Assembly (NCBI GenBank): GCA_030141605.1
Contig: JAQGDQ010000655.1
Location: 1-64,000, forward strand
DNA length: 64,000 nucleotides
From: Tubiluchus corallicola
Lineage: Eukaryota; Animalia; Priapulida
Direction of reading: 5' to 3'
The notes beneath the pieces were generated by a model. That model had not been told where the DNA came from. It was given only the letters and a program-made list of their open reading frames with translations, and made no database searches. This document shows positions 1-12,000 of the stretch, piece by piece. Each line of letters starts with the position of its first letter. The first letter of the stretch is position 1. The position numbers were made by a program, and so were the translations under genes.

Positions 1-778
1 ACAGCTTACTGGAAATGAAAACACGGATTCAATCCAGATTTTTGACGAGTCTTATTAATGATTTTTCGCTGATCAATATTTACAGCAAGATCGTTAGAAC
101 ATCAGAAAATATTTGATAAATCTTCATGAATAAGACTGAAAAAAATTCCTCTGCAAATTTTGTGTGACTTATATGCTGTCTTATTGCTTACTGAGTTTGC
201 TCTAGCAACGACACTGTAAAAAGTGGCGTTCATGTAGCATGCGGATGCGGTTTACACTGTAAAAAGTGGCGTTCATGTAGCATGCGGATGCGGTTTACAC
301 TGTAAAAAGTGGCGTTCATGTAGCATGCGGATGCGGTTTACACTGTAAAAAGTGGCGTTCATGTAGCATGCGGATGCGGTTTTTTTTTGGGGGGGGGGGG
401 GTGCGGAATAGATAAAATCGGTTTATATTGTTTTTAATGCACCCGTTTATGCAGCCTGCGTATGCGTAATTCTTTTCCTGCAGCTATATCCTAATGATTT
501 TTTCCGCAGGCTGTTCCGCATTGGAAAAACGCATCCGCATGCTACATGAACGCCACTTTTTACAGTGTCGTTGCTAGAGCAAACTCAGTAAGCAATAAGA
601 CAGCATATAAGTCACACAAAATTTGCAGAGGAATTTTTTTCAGTCTTATTCATGAAGATTTATCAAATATTTTCTGATGTTCTAACGATCTTGCTGTAAA
701 TATTGATCAGCGAAAAATCATTAATAAGACTCGTCAAAAATCTGGATTGAATCCGTGTTTTCATTTCCAGTAAGCTGT
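1..778. repeat. Long inverted repeat / foldback structure (arms 1-249 and 530-778); the left arm may extend past the window start
   Basis: 1-249 is the reverse complement of 530-778 (acagcttactggaaatg... versus ...catttccagtaagctgt); I found no mismatches by eye. The inner part has CACTGTAAAAA...TTTTTACAGTG termini (212-567), resembling CACTA/EnSpm-type ends. Confidence 0.93.
211..382 (+). repeat. 43-bp tandem repeat, 4 copies, built from the CACTG terminal sequence of the palindrome
   Basis: acactgtaaaaagtggcgttcatgtagcatgcggatgcggttt starts at 211, 254, 297 and 340. Confidence 0.95.
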
Positions 779-946
779 TAACGGGAAGTGAAAAATCTTT
801 TAAATGAATTTTCCCATCTTAAAATATTCATCTCAGCAAACAAACTGTTTTGGAAGAAAATGACGCGCCTGGGAGTATTATGCGTAGGACTCCTCGTTGG
901 AAGGAATTCTGTTCCTTGCTGCACTAATCACGGCTGGGCACTTTAA

Positions 947-1597
947 AGGACAAAGAAAGGGTTCCTGAAGTAGGTTTCAGAAAATTAGCTTTAAAAAATT
1001 ATACTACTTCACAGCAATTTCATGCACATATCGTTTTGAAATAAATTTTTGTGTTTTCATTTTAAATCTCCCACAATACTGTTCCGACGGCGCCATTACA
1101 TGACGTCACCATACAAATGTAAATCAGGGGAAAAAAAGGCAATGTTAAATTATGTCCCCAAAAACTTACCATTCAAATCTATGTTACTTAACTTTTCGCT
1201 TACCTGCTGGAAATACTTTGATTACTAGAAATAATAATTTCAAATGTTCGTGCAATTGGTAAAATGTTACTGACTCATCCTCCAGGGTGCGCCACTCACT
1301 AACCAAAAACGTATCGACAAGATACAGTAATTTAATATTTTATTTAGTTAGTGACGTGTGTGCTACGAATGCTCTGATTATTTTTTCAAATTTTACGCAG
1401 TGTTCTCTAAACGTAATTCAAACAACCTACCATTAAAATGGCTGCGCCTAACGGTCATCGCTGGAGTTTAAATTTACAAGTTTTATACAGTTTTACGGCC
1501 GATACAAGACCTGTGTGCGAAAATGTAGTACGTAAGTGGTATAAAATTTCGACACGAATTTTTTAAGCTTAATGTAAGTGGAGGATTTTCTTGTGCT
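947..1597 (+). mobile_element. Non-autonomous DNA transposon (MITE family A), Kolobok-like with TTAA TSD
   Basis: TTAA|AGGACAAAGAAA...TTTTCTTGTGCT|TTAA. A homologous inverted copy lies at 3552-4240, with further partial copies elsewhere. Confidence 0.8.
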
Positions 1598-2654
1598 TTA
1601 AATAATCTTACTATTACGTGTTCACGAAATGAGGCTGTATTTTTTTCTATATAGATAACTATTATAATTAGACGGTTTTGAAAATAATGGTTTTAAATCA
1701 AAGTAAGGTCGTTTTAATGTAATTTAATTCTAATGTTAAACCTCAGCGTATCCCAATTAATGTAATGTAATTTAACCTCCGGGTTACAAGAGTTCTATTA
1801 ATAAACTTTTAGTAAACTTTCAATAAAGTACTAAGCACAAAGTGATAATCTAAATCTTAGTTAATTATAGTAAGGTATTTATTTATCTCACGTTTTTCAA
1901 TTAATATTTCTGTATTTCTGGAACGCATATTTGTCAAAATGTAAAAAATCTGGCTTCCGTGTGCAAGCAGTGCAGTGTTATTATTTTATGAACAAATTGT
2001 TAACTAGATTACGCTAAAAACATTAAAAATTCTACATCGAATATTTGTTTGCTTGTTTGTTTGCCATGTTTTGTCAAAATTTGATCTGTTAATTTGATCC
2101 GTTAATTTGTTTGCTTAATCAATTAAATAATTAAAATAATCATGGCGAAACAGATCGCTTTATGGGTTACCTCTCAAGCGAATGACACAAAATATAGACA
2201 AATGTAACGTGCATGTCAGCTTCCCACATAAATAGATATGTGTAGTAGCTTACGTCATGTGAGTGTGGTGTTTGTTCAGTTAGTCTGTCAGTTGGTCATC
2301 CCGGTTGCAGAGTTTGGGAAAGAAAATACAACCCCCAATCATTTTTGGCCCTTCTATGCTGTGCATATGTCAATATGTATTCTACGTTTTGTTCAAATAT
2401 GGAAATAAATTAATATTAGTATTAAAAAGATCTTTCCTATTGCCTGTAAGCGATAATGACCATTAGCCAAGGTTAGTGTGTCACTCGTCCCTTTCCTGTT
2501 TGGAAATGTCGTAACGTCCGGTGCGTTTTCAGCTTATCACAGCTGTTTATGCTTATATGTGTATTGGGAAGGGGTGCTGACAAGCCAGTGGCATAGCTTT
2601 TTAGTCTCTAGCTTTTTTTGCTGGAATTACTGCTGTGTTTACCGACATGAGGCA

Positions 2655-2860
2655 CTGACCGGTAACAAAGTCCCTGAAAAAGAGTCACTGAAAAATGGAA
2701 AGAAGTCAAAATTTTGGCTAGGAAAAAAGTGAAAGAAAAAAGTCACAATTAATTTTAGCCAAGGTTATGGTTAGGATTAATCGCTAGGGTTGGGGTTAGC
2801 GTTAAGGTTAGGGTTATTTTTTCCTGTTACTTTTTTACCCTCGATTTTTGATCCGGATTC
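2655..2860. mobile_element. Small MITE-like element with aaaaagtcac/gtgactttt subterminal repeats and a ggttaggg core
   Basis: Same architecture and ccggattc end as the element around 9600-10225. Confidence 0.5.
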
Positions 2861-2889
2861 TGAGGGCAGATTTCTTTAATTCGTAACAA

Positions 2890-3050
2890 GCGTTCGATAA
2901 TCATAGGTATGCCCTAGCAGTTACTGCCCAGTGTACTAAGTCCACAATAGACGTAACTAGCGTTCGATAATCATAGGTATGCCCTAGCAGTTACTGCCCA
3001 GTGTACTAAGTCCACAATAGACGTAACTAGCGTTCGATAATTATAGGTAC
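2890..3050 (+). repeat. 70-bp tandem duplication (about 2.3 copies)
   Basis: gcgttcgataatcataggtatgccctagcagttactgcccagtgtactaagtccacaatagacgtaacta is repeated. Confidence 0.85.
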
Positions 3051-3551
3051 GCTTTGTGAGTTACTGTCAGCAAGAAATTGCAAAATCTCTGACTGCTGCT
3101 GAGAGTTAACTTCCTGCGAGTTACTGTCCAGTGTGAACGTCTCAGTGAATTACTTTCGAAAGCTTTCGCAGTGAATACAGAAGGGAGCGTCAACTTGTAC
3201 TTACCGTCGAAGAGTGACTTGTTTTCCAGTGTGAACGCGTTTATGAGTTACTTGGCGAGTTTACTGGGCTAGTTTGAACGCGCCATAAGACATTCATTTT
3301 AAGAGATTTCACTTAACAGCGTTGCCGTGATTTCCCACTAAGCTGTCGAACGTGTGCTGGATACATACTTACGACACTGAAACTGAGATACGAAATGTCA
3401 TTGATTGGGACACACTAGATTGACTCGATTTCAAGAAAGATTCTCTTGCATCAGAAATATGCGTGGTGAGTTTAGGACCTTGAATTTGAAAATGATTCGG
3501 TTATTGTTAGTGGAAACTTATTCACGGCCCTTAAAACGGTTTTTATTTTAA

Positions 3552-4240
3552 AGCACAAGAAAACCATCGACTTACATAAAGCTTAAAAAATTCCGTTTCG
3601 ACTTACATACTACCTTTTCGTATGCATGTCTTGCATCGGCCGTAACGCTGTATAAAACGTGTAAATTTAAACTCTCCCGATGGCCGTTAGGCTCAGCCAT
3701 TTTAATGGTAGGTCGTTTGAAACAAGTTTTGATAACATCGAGTAAAATTTGAAAGAATAGCATACATGTTGTTCGTAGAAAGAAAGTTCGTAGCATACAT
3801 GTTGCTTCAGATACAGTAATTTAAAGTAAAATGTTAAATTATTGTATCCTGTCTATAAGATTAAAAATACGTTTTTGTCTAGTGAGTGGCGCACCCTAGA
3901 GGGTGAGTCAGCGACATTTTGCCAATTGCACGAACATTTTAAATTATTAGTCTAGTTTACATACGTCTTTCCAGCAGGTAAGTGAAATGCAACTAATATG
4001 GATTTGCACAGAAAGTTTTTTGGGTCATAATTTAACATTGCCCTTTCTTCTCCTGATTTTCGTGGTTTAGTGACGTCATGTAATGGCGCCGCCGTAACAG
4101 TATTGCGGGAGATTTAAAATTAAAACAAGTAAAAATTCCTTTCAACGCGAATACGATATGTGCATAAAATTGCTGTAAAGTAGTATAATTTTTAAGGTGA
4201 TTTTTCTGAAACCTGCTTCAGGTGCCCCTTTTCTTGTCCT
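3552..4240 (-). mobile_element. MITE family A (Kolobok-like), full-length copy inverted relative to 947-1597
   Basis: TTAA|AGCACAAGAAAA...TTTTCTTGTCCT|TTAA; internal homology to 947-1597. Confidence 0.8.
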
Positions 4241-5009
4241 TTAACTCCCTCAGTGTTTGCTGCACTTTGCATGGATTCATGAAATGCTGCTGTCAAGAAA
4301 CGATTACGTTATATTTGATAATTTTCGTAGGTTTATACTCCTCGCACAATGGATTTTCACGCATGATTAGATATGAAATACGCGTGTTTACCTTAGGCAA
4401 ATCAGAAATTGATTCTTAACGAATAAGAAATGAAAAAAGCTGCAGTATTTGCACTGTAACAATGTACAGTATCACTTGTATGAAATCGGTTAATGCAGAA
4501 AATTTCAACTATCCAGACACAACACTCTGATACACTTTAGTCTCAAGTCTACTCAATTTTTAAGGAGAAATTTCTGTTAAAGGATGAAAAAATCTTAATT
4601 TCTCCTTAGCAGATCGGTTGGCTTTTTGCTGGAACTCTGTACAGCAAGTGATTCCTTTGGGCTGTAGCAACCAGGCGTTCAATAAAATAATGTGTACAAT
4701 CACGCAAGTGTACACCAGACTAAGCTACTCAATAAGCTAAGGTGGAGTGCCTGAAGAGGGTGTGTTCTTCTTAGATTTATCCAATGAAATTACTTATAAA
4801 TGTTTAAACAAATAGCGTGATTGGATAGCCGAGGTTCTCCTATATAGAACAGTACCTAATTTGTAATCATTTAGTTATGTATGTGCTCATACAGTAGCAG
4901 AAAAGTCAATGGTCTTATAAGATTTATTTTGAATTGTGCTGTCTTGAAGGAGTTAAACACAACACTCGGATAAGCTTTGGCCTCATGTCTACTCTATTTT
5001 TAAACAGGA

Positions 5010-5862
5010 GGAACAAGGATTTCTAAAGTAAACTTTATATACAAAGTTATATTAATTAGCATTTCTCTTACCTGTTTGAAAGGCTTATGTAATTGGAAAA
5101 GAAAATAATTACCAATTTAAAATCTTCGCGCCATTTGACAAAATGGTACTGTGTCACTTTCCCAGCGTGCATTATTGGCTCACCAAAACAAATTATTGAT
5201 TTTTTGACATTATAAAACAATTTAATCATATCTTGCCGACTGTTTTCAAACTTTACGCAATGTTATCTAAACTTGTTTCAAACGACGGCCGCGCCTAACG
5301 GTTATCGTGGGGAGTTTAAATTACACCGCGTTGTTGTTAATGCAAGCTCTGTGTGCAATAAAGGGACATGTACATGGCGGAATTTCAAGACGATTTTTAG
5401 CTTTGTGTAAGTAAAGGGTTAGCATATATAAACAGTCTGTTGGTGATGAAATTTTACAGCTCTCGTCGTGTTTTCTATATGCTGTTTTGTTTTTATTTAT
5501 GATTATGTGAATTTACATTACAATTGGAAATTATGTTTATTATAATTATACTCGCTGTTTTTCATTGTGCATAATGTGTGTAAATTTTTGTTACTAAGTA
5601 TTAAAATATGTTTGTTATCGTTTATTATGTATGTATGTATGTATGTAGATTATAATTTGTAACTATGTCTATTGTATATGATCTTTGTCGTTCAATGTGC
5701 CTCATGCGTTGGATTCTAAATTATATATATATGTGAATAGGTTTAATACGTTGTAAATGCTTTTAGAAATTTTAAACATGTCCCTACAAATAGAGGGAAT
5801 GTATTCTGTACATAGTTTTTAAAAATAAAGAATTATAATAAAAAAAGGGTTTGCTTGTCCTT
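5010..5862 (+). mobile_element. Diverged MITE family A-related copy
   Basis: Shares motifs (ttacctgtttgaaa, gcgcctaacggttatcg, gagtttaaatt) and ends in ttgcttgtcct|ttaa. Confidence 0.5.
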
Positions 5863-6002
5863 TAAATAAATCAGAGCCAGGGCGGGATTAACATACAGGC
5901 TAGCATAGATAGCGTCCTGGGTCTCTCAACTTTTGGGGGGGGGGAGGCACGCTTTGGTAACAAATCTGTTTTTTCATTACGGTTGTGTTAAAACATGTGC
6001 TC

Positions 6003-6526
6003 ATCCAATAACGGTCATCCAATATTGCCGAATAGTAACTGTGGATTTCGATTTGAGTCTGTTGAACACTTTTTGTTGCACTGCCCTTTGTGTCAACTAG
6101 TTAGGCTTGTTATGTTTGATGAATTAAATGAAATACTTCTGCCCGAAAACCTTAATATAGCTGCCTTAGGAACTAATGATCTGTTGAAGTTGATATTATT
6201 CGAAAAAGATGAATTTAACTATGTTGCTAACTGTAAAATATTCCAATGCATACATGACTTTATATTACGTACTAAACGCTTCCATTAGTTTCTATCTGAT
6301 ATAAAATGCATCAGTCTTAAATATCCGTACATTAATATTTTCTAACCGTCATTTTCTACTAATGTCTAATGTATTCTTGTAGTAAAACTTGTCAGCTTGT
6401 GTAGTTATAGTCTGTTCTTACTGTAAATATTTTTGTAAATAGTGTATAAAGTCTGTTGTGGTGAGGATCCTAAATCATGTTGTTCAAACTGTCTGATCCA
6501 ATCCTATAATAAACTATGTTTAAACT
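6003..6526 (+). mobile_element. 5'-truncated non-LTR retrotransposon (CR1/L2-group-like) 3' end with target-site duplication
   Basis: The ORF contains the C-terminal zinc-knuckle CGFRFESVEHFLLHCPLC...FILRTKRF. It ends in aataaa plus a (taaac)2 tail and is flanked by the 12-bp direct repeat aaacatgtgctc (5991-6002 and 6527-6538). Confidence 0.8.
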
Positions 6527-6739
6527 AAACATGTGCTCCCTCTGAGGGTGGGGGCCCATAATTTAATAATCCTGCGGTCCCAAAAGGTCATGACCTTGAT
6601 AACACCCTGTCTCATTAGGAAACACCCGTGATTTGTACCGTCATTGGGACGTGAATGGCAGCAACGTGAGATTTTCCATTTTGCTTTTCTGTTTGTCTTT
6701 TATGGAATATTTTAATAAATGTTCTTTAATCAAAATTAA

Positions 6740-7330
6740 AGCAAAACCGGGCCCAATCCTAAATTGTAGGTCAAAACAATCTACTTTTTAAATTATTGAA
6801 AGGAAACATACTATATTTTTCAAAATGACGTACGCGAAAAAATTATTACCACACAAACACAATTTCACGTTAGCGCAACTAGTTCTTCGCTGTTACATGC
6901 ATTTCGCCATCCGCTAGCTAGACGGGGCACTAGCAGATGCATTGCGAAAACGCATTGCACGAAGAACAGGTGTTGTACCTTTCAGTTCAGATGTGTTAGT
7001 TTGTGACGTATTGCACTCGTTCGACAGCTCGTGCGTGAACACAGCGTTAAATTTGAAATTTGAATTTTTATTGTAAAACTTGCCTAGTTTTAATACAGCA
7101 CACTGAATATCTTACAGTAGCACTGTACTTCAATTTTCTCTTTTACAAACACGTGCAACACGCTCGTGGAATATTTTTGCTGTTGAAAATCAGTGTTGTT
7201 AGTTTGTGATGTCATCAATAGTTAGAGTCGCGCGCCGTTAATTAACTTTTTAATCTATTATTTAATTATCAAAACGCTTTTGCAGTATTAATTGTGTTAA
7301 AATGTAAACTTTTTATTGGACTTGAAAATG
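6740..7330 (+). mobile_element. MITE family B (TTAA|AGCAAAACC start)
   Basis: Homologous to 19902-20510 (+) and ~44790-45250 (-). Confidence 0.7.
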
Positions 7331-7829
7331 GGATGGTATGAGCAGCGGGAGTCAGCAGTATTTGTTCTGCAGTAACAGTTAGCGGGCCTAGTTCACACTT
7401 AACCAGAAACATCAGCACGAAGTCGTGTGAAAACTCACCCAAGATGGGTCATCTAGTTGCGTTTGAATCGACACAAGTCGGACGTGTGTCGCCTCCAATT
7501 CGCCAAGTAAACCAAACATAAAGTTTGCTACAGTAAATTTCGTGATCTAAAAAAGTAAACACGGGAGATTGTCATATAAATCCCCCCCACCCCTAGAAAA
7601 AACACACTCCAATTAGAATCGCCCACCAGCAAATGCGTTGTGGGCAGTTTAGTTGAATCAAATGTAGTAACACGTGTGTCAGCACGCTTGCGAACAAATA
7701 TGATGAAAAATTTGTAAGTGTTGCATCCCTAGAACTACGGGGTGTCCCATAAAATGTTAACAGGAAAGATTAGTCAAACCTGTTTGTGCATGTGTTGCTC
7801 TGTTTTTGTTTCCACAACTTCACATTTGG

Positions 7830-8150
7830 TATGTCTAATAGCCTAGCCACACATCAAGCATCTGCTAATGGTTTGTTGACGTTTTAAGGAGCAGGCTGTT
7901 TAGGCAAAGACGCCGATGTCTCTGCAGCATTTGGCTTCCTAAATGGCTTCTTGACGTCCTCGTTTAAACGACCTGGTCGTTTCGTTTTCTACAACTCATC
8001 TGCTATCTTCTCCATCTCACGCACGAGGGAAATGAAGCCATGCAAATATTTACAATAGCGAGCGGCATATGAAACTCATGCGCTGCAGTTTTCCTGCTTG
8101 CTGGAAGAGCCAGCAGTCTAACAATGCGGCTGAACTGCAATAATGCGAAC
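7830..8150 (-). pseudogene. Degenerate coding remnant, possibly LTR-retrotransposon gag-like
   Basis: The minus strand reads ARYCKYLHGFISLVREMEKIADEL*KTKRPGRLNEDVKKPFRKP with stops; the family assignment is only an impression. Confidence 0.3.
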
Positions 8151-8199
8151 GACTTGCAGGGCTAGAGGGAAAGAGTTAAATGTACCCTAATTCTAGTAA

Positions 8200-9015
<816 letters not shown>

Positions 9016-9084
9016 CAGATAAATTCTAATATCTTAATTAACCTTAAAACAATACATACACAGAAGCACAATGTATGTAATTGT

Positions 9085-12000
9085 ATGTTGCGTCCACGGA
9101 TGGAAGCAGCATACCTGTCAGGTACAGTTCTGATAAGACTAATAAGGGTTGACAATGAACTTTGCTGGAGACCCTAGGAGTCAGAAGACTTGCCAGAAGA
9201 GGTTTGGGTTAGCCAGAAAAGTATTTTCTCTCCTTGGTAGCCTATAATAAAGTATCAAGAAAAAAGTCGTACAAAAAAGTCATGATTTTTGGCTAGCAAA
9301 GTTTGAGTAGCTGAATACTTTTATTTATTCGTAAGTGACAAACTTTTACAGGTTGCAGTTGTCTGTTTTTAAAATAAATATATACCTTCCCTTCCCTTCC
9401 CTTCCCTTCCCTTCCCTTCCCTTCCCTTCCCTTCCCTTCCCTTCCCTTCCCTTCCCTTCCCTTCCCTTCCCTTCCCTTCCCTTCTTTCCCTTACCTTGCC
9501 TCACCTCACCTCATTTCACCTCACCTCACCTCACCTCACCATATCTTATCTTATCTTATCTTATCTTACCTTACCTTACCTTGCCTCATCTCACCTCACC
9601 TTATCTTATCACTGAAAAAATCACAGTTAATGTATGGTGGCGTGAAAAAATCGCAATCTAATCAAACAAGAATATTCATTTCATGTCAGTCACAATTTAA
9701 TTAAGTACGATAAACAATGAAAGTAATAAAATAAAAGTTATTTTATGTCAATTATTAATTGGCTTATTTAGTTTTAGTTAGAGTAATTAGTGCACGTGAA
9801 AAAATCACATTTTGTTCCATATATTAGGGTTATGGTTATGGCTTGGTTTATTTTTTTCTGTGACTTTTTTATGTGTGACATTTTTCCTGTGACTCTTTTA
9901 TGTGTGACATTTTTCCTGTGACTCTTTTATGTGTGATTTTTTCCTGTGACTTTTTTATGTGTGACTTTTTTCCTGTGACTTTTTTATGTGTGACCTTTTT
10001 CCTGTGACTTTTTTATGTGTGACTTTTTTCCTGTGACTTTTTTATGTGTGACTTTTTTCCTGTGACTTTTTTATGTGTGACTTTTTTCCTGTGACTTTTT
10101 TATGTGTGACTTTTTTCCTGTGACTTTTTATGTGTGACTTTTTTCCTGTGACTTTTTTATGTGTGACTTTTTTCCTGTGACATTTTTATGTGTGATTTTT
10201 TACTGCGACTTCATTACCCGGATTCGTTTTCTGAAATCTTAGTTTGTCTCTAAATTCCAAATTACAAGAAGCAGTTCACCGCGCATGCGTCCCGGTCAGT
10301 AGGGGTGAGCATTTAACTATCTGCTAGGTAAAAGAAAATACGTTTTCTTTGCCATCACCGCTGCCGTACATCTCAGAAAGTGTCTGGAACGTACAGTGGT
10401 CAGTAATAACTATCTTTACTTAATTTTTTATTATTTTCTTTCTAGTTTTTTTCTCAACTTCTTTCTTGATGCTTCTCATCATTGCGCATGTGCGGGATGC
10501 AGAGAGGCGGACAGAGCAATTTCCTCAAGACGGATCAACCTTCCTGAGGAAGCTTCTTAATTTGGATCTCAAGGTTGGTGCACACCTCAAAAATTCGCTG
10601 ATATTAATTATATTAAAATTAAAGGAAAGGACAAGTTATTTTACTGTTATCCTTTAAACTTAGAAAGATATGACAAAGAAATTTGCAAAAAATATCTATA
10701 AAACATAAATTTAATTTATACTAACGCTGTATAGAAATTACTGTATAGCCCAAGCTTGAAATGATCGCGAGTTCAAGATCGTTTTACTAATTACACGAGA
10801 CGCTTATCATACTTTTATCACTAAGTCCTTCTAACATTTTTCACGAATACTGAAGTAAGCCTGACTTCCCAGATGCTTGACCTTTCCTTTAATTTGCGTT
10901 TTTCTTTCCCTGTCTCACTCAAGGTTGACTTGGACAATGGACAACGGGCAATGGACTTTGAGTGGACTACAAAATGTTTGACATTTCCATTTGACAAAAC
11001 TAAGGCAAATAGAGCAAATCTTAGTATACAAATTTTTTCACTAAACTTTGTAAACTAATAGATCTTCCACTAAGTTTTTTGCGTGTACTATAAACCCTAA
11101 CCATTATTTATTGCACTTTATAGCAAATTTTTCCATCTTTGAAATATCATTCAACACCGCAGTAAATATTTGGGAGGCTGACTCAACAACTCAAGTTCAT
11201 ATACACGTCACACTTTCACCTGTTGTTAGCTTATTCAAGTTATTTTAATTTTACATACTATTAACAAATACTAGTCTTTCTATCTTTTATATCATCCCAT
11301 ATATGAGTTTCATTCATTACATCATTCCATTTTAAGCACTAATGTTTTTTTATCACGATTCACTTTAAATTTTCAGATTATCTCCATTACTTTTTTTCTA
11401 TCACTGTGTGGGACAATCTAACAAGCCCTGCTTTTTGATTGCCCGCAACACATTTACCTTCGTGTATAAATGAACAGTGTTTGAAGCTTTTCCTGTGCAG
11501 TATGTCTTATTTGTATTATGTTCATTGTAGGCCCTTTCACTAGATATTGTACATGAAATTATTGTAAATGTGTAAGGTGAAATAAATGACTTATGACTTA
11601 TGACTATGACTATTAAATTGGTTATAATGTTAAATTTACTTTTTATTTTAATTGATTATAGTTATATTGTACTAATATTTTTTTATCAACAGGCGAAAAT
11701 GAATGAATTCTAATTCTAATGAAGTCTCTTCTGATTCTAATAAAAAATAATTATATTGGATAAGAAACATTTCTACTTTTTAGGACTCAGTGGTTTTATA
11801 TAACCTAAGTTCTCCAACTTGGAAGGACAATAACGCCAACAGCAGCATCATGGACTGTCTCCAAACGCGTACAGTACCGTCAGCACACGTGTGCATCTAC
11901 AGTCTACACAGAGACAAGTACATCTCGACCATGCTGTACCAGGAAGGACTTTGGGAACCAGACGTTACAACACTCTTCCAGAGGGCGTTGAACAACTACC

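Noticed and set aside
211-382. CRISPR-like direct repeats
   Set aside because: Head-to-tail units with no spacers, no cas genes, eukaryotic context.
2760-2815. TTAGGG-like telomeric repeats
   Set aside because: A few degenerate units inside a MITE core, not a telomere array.
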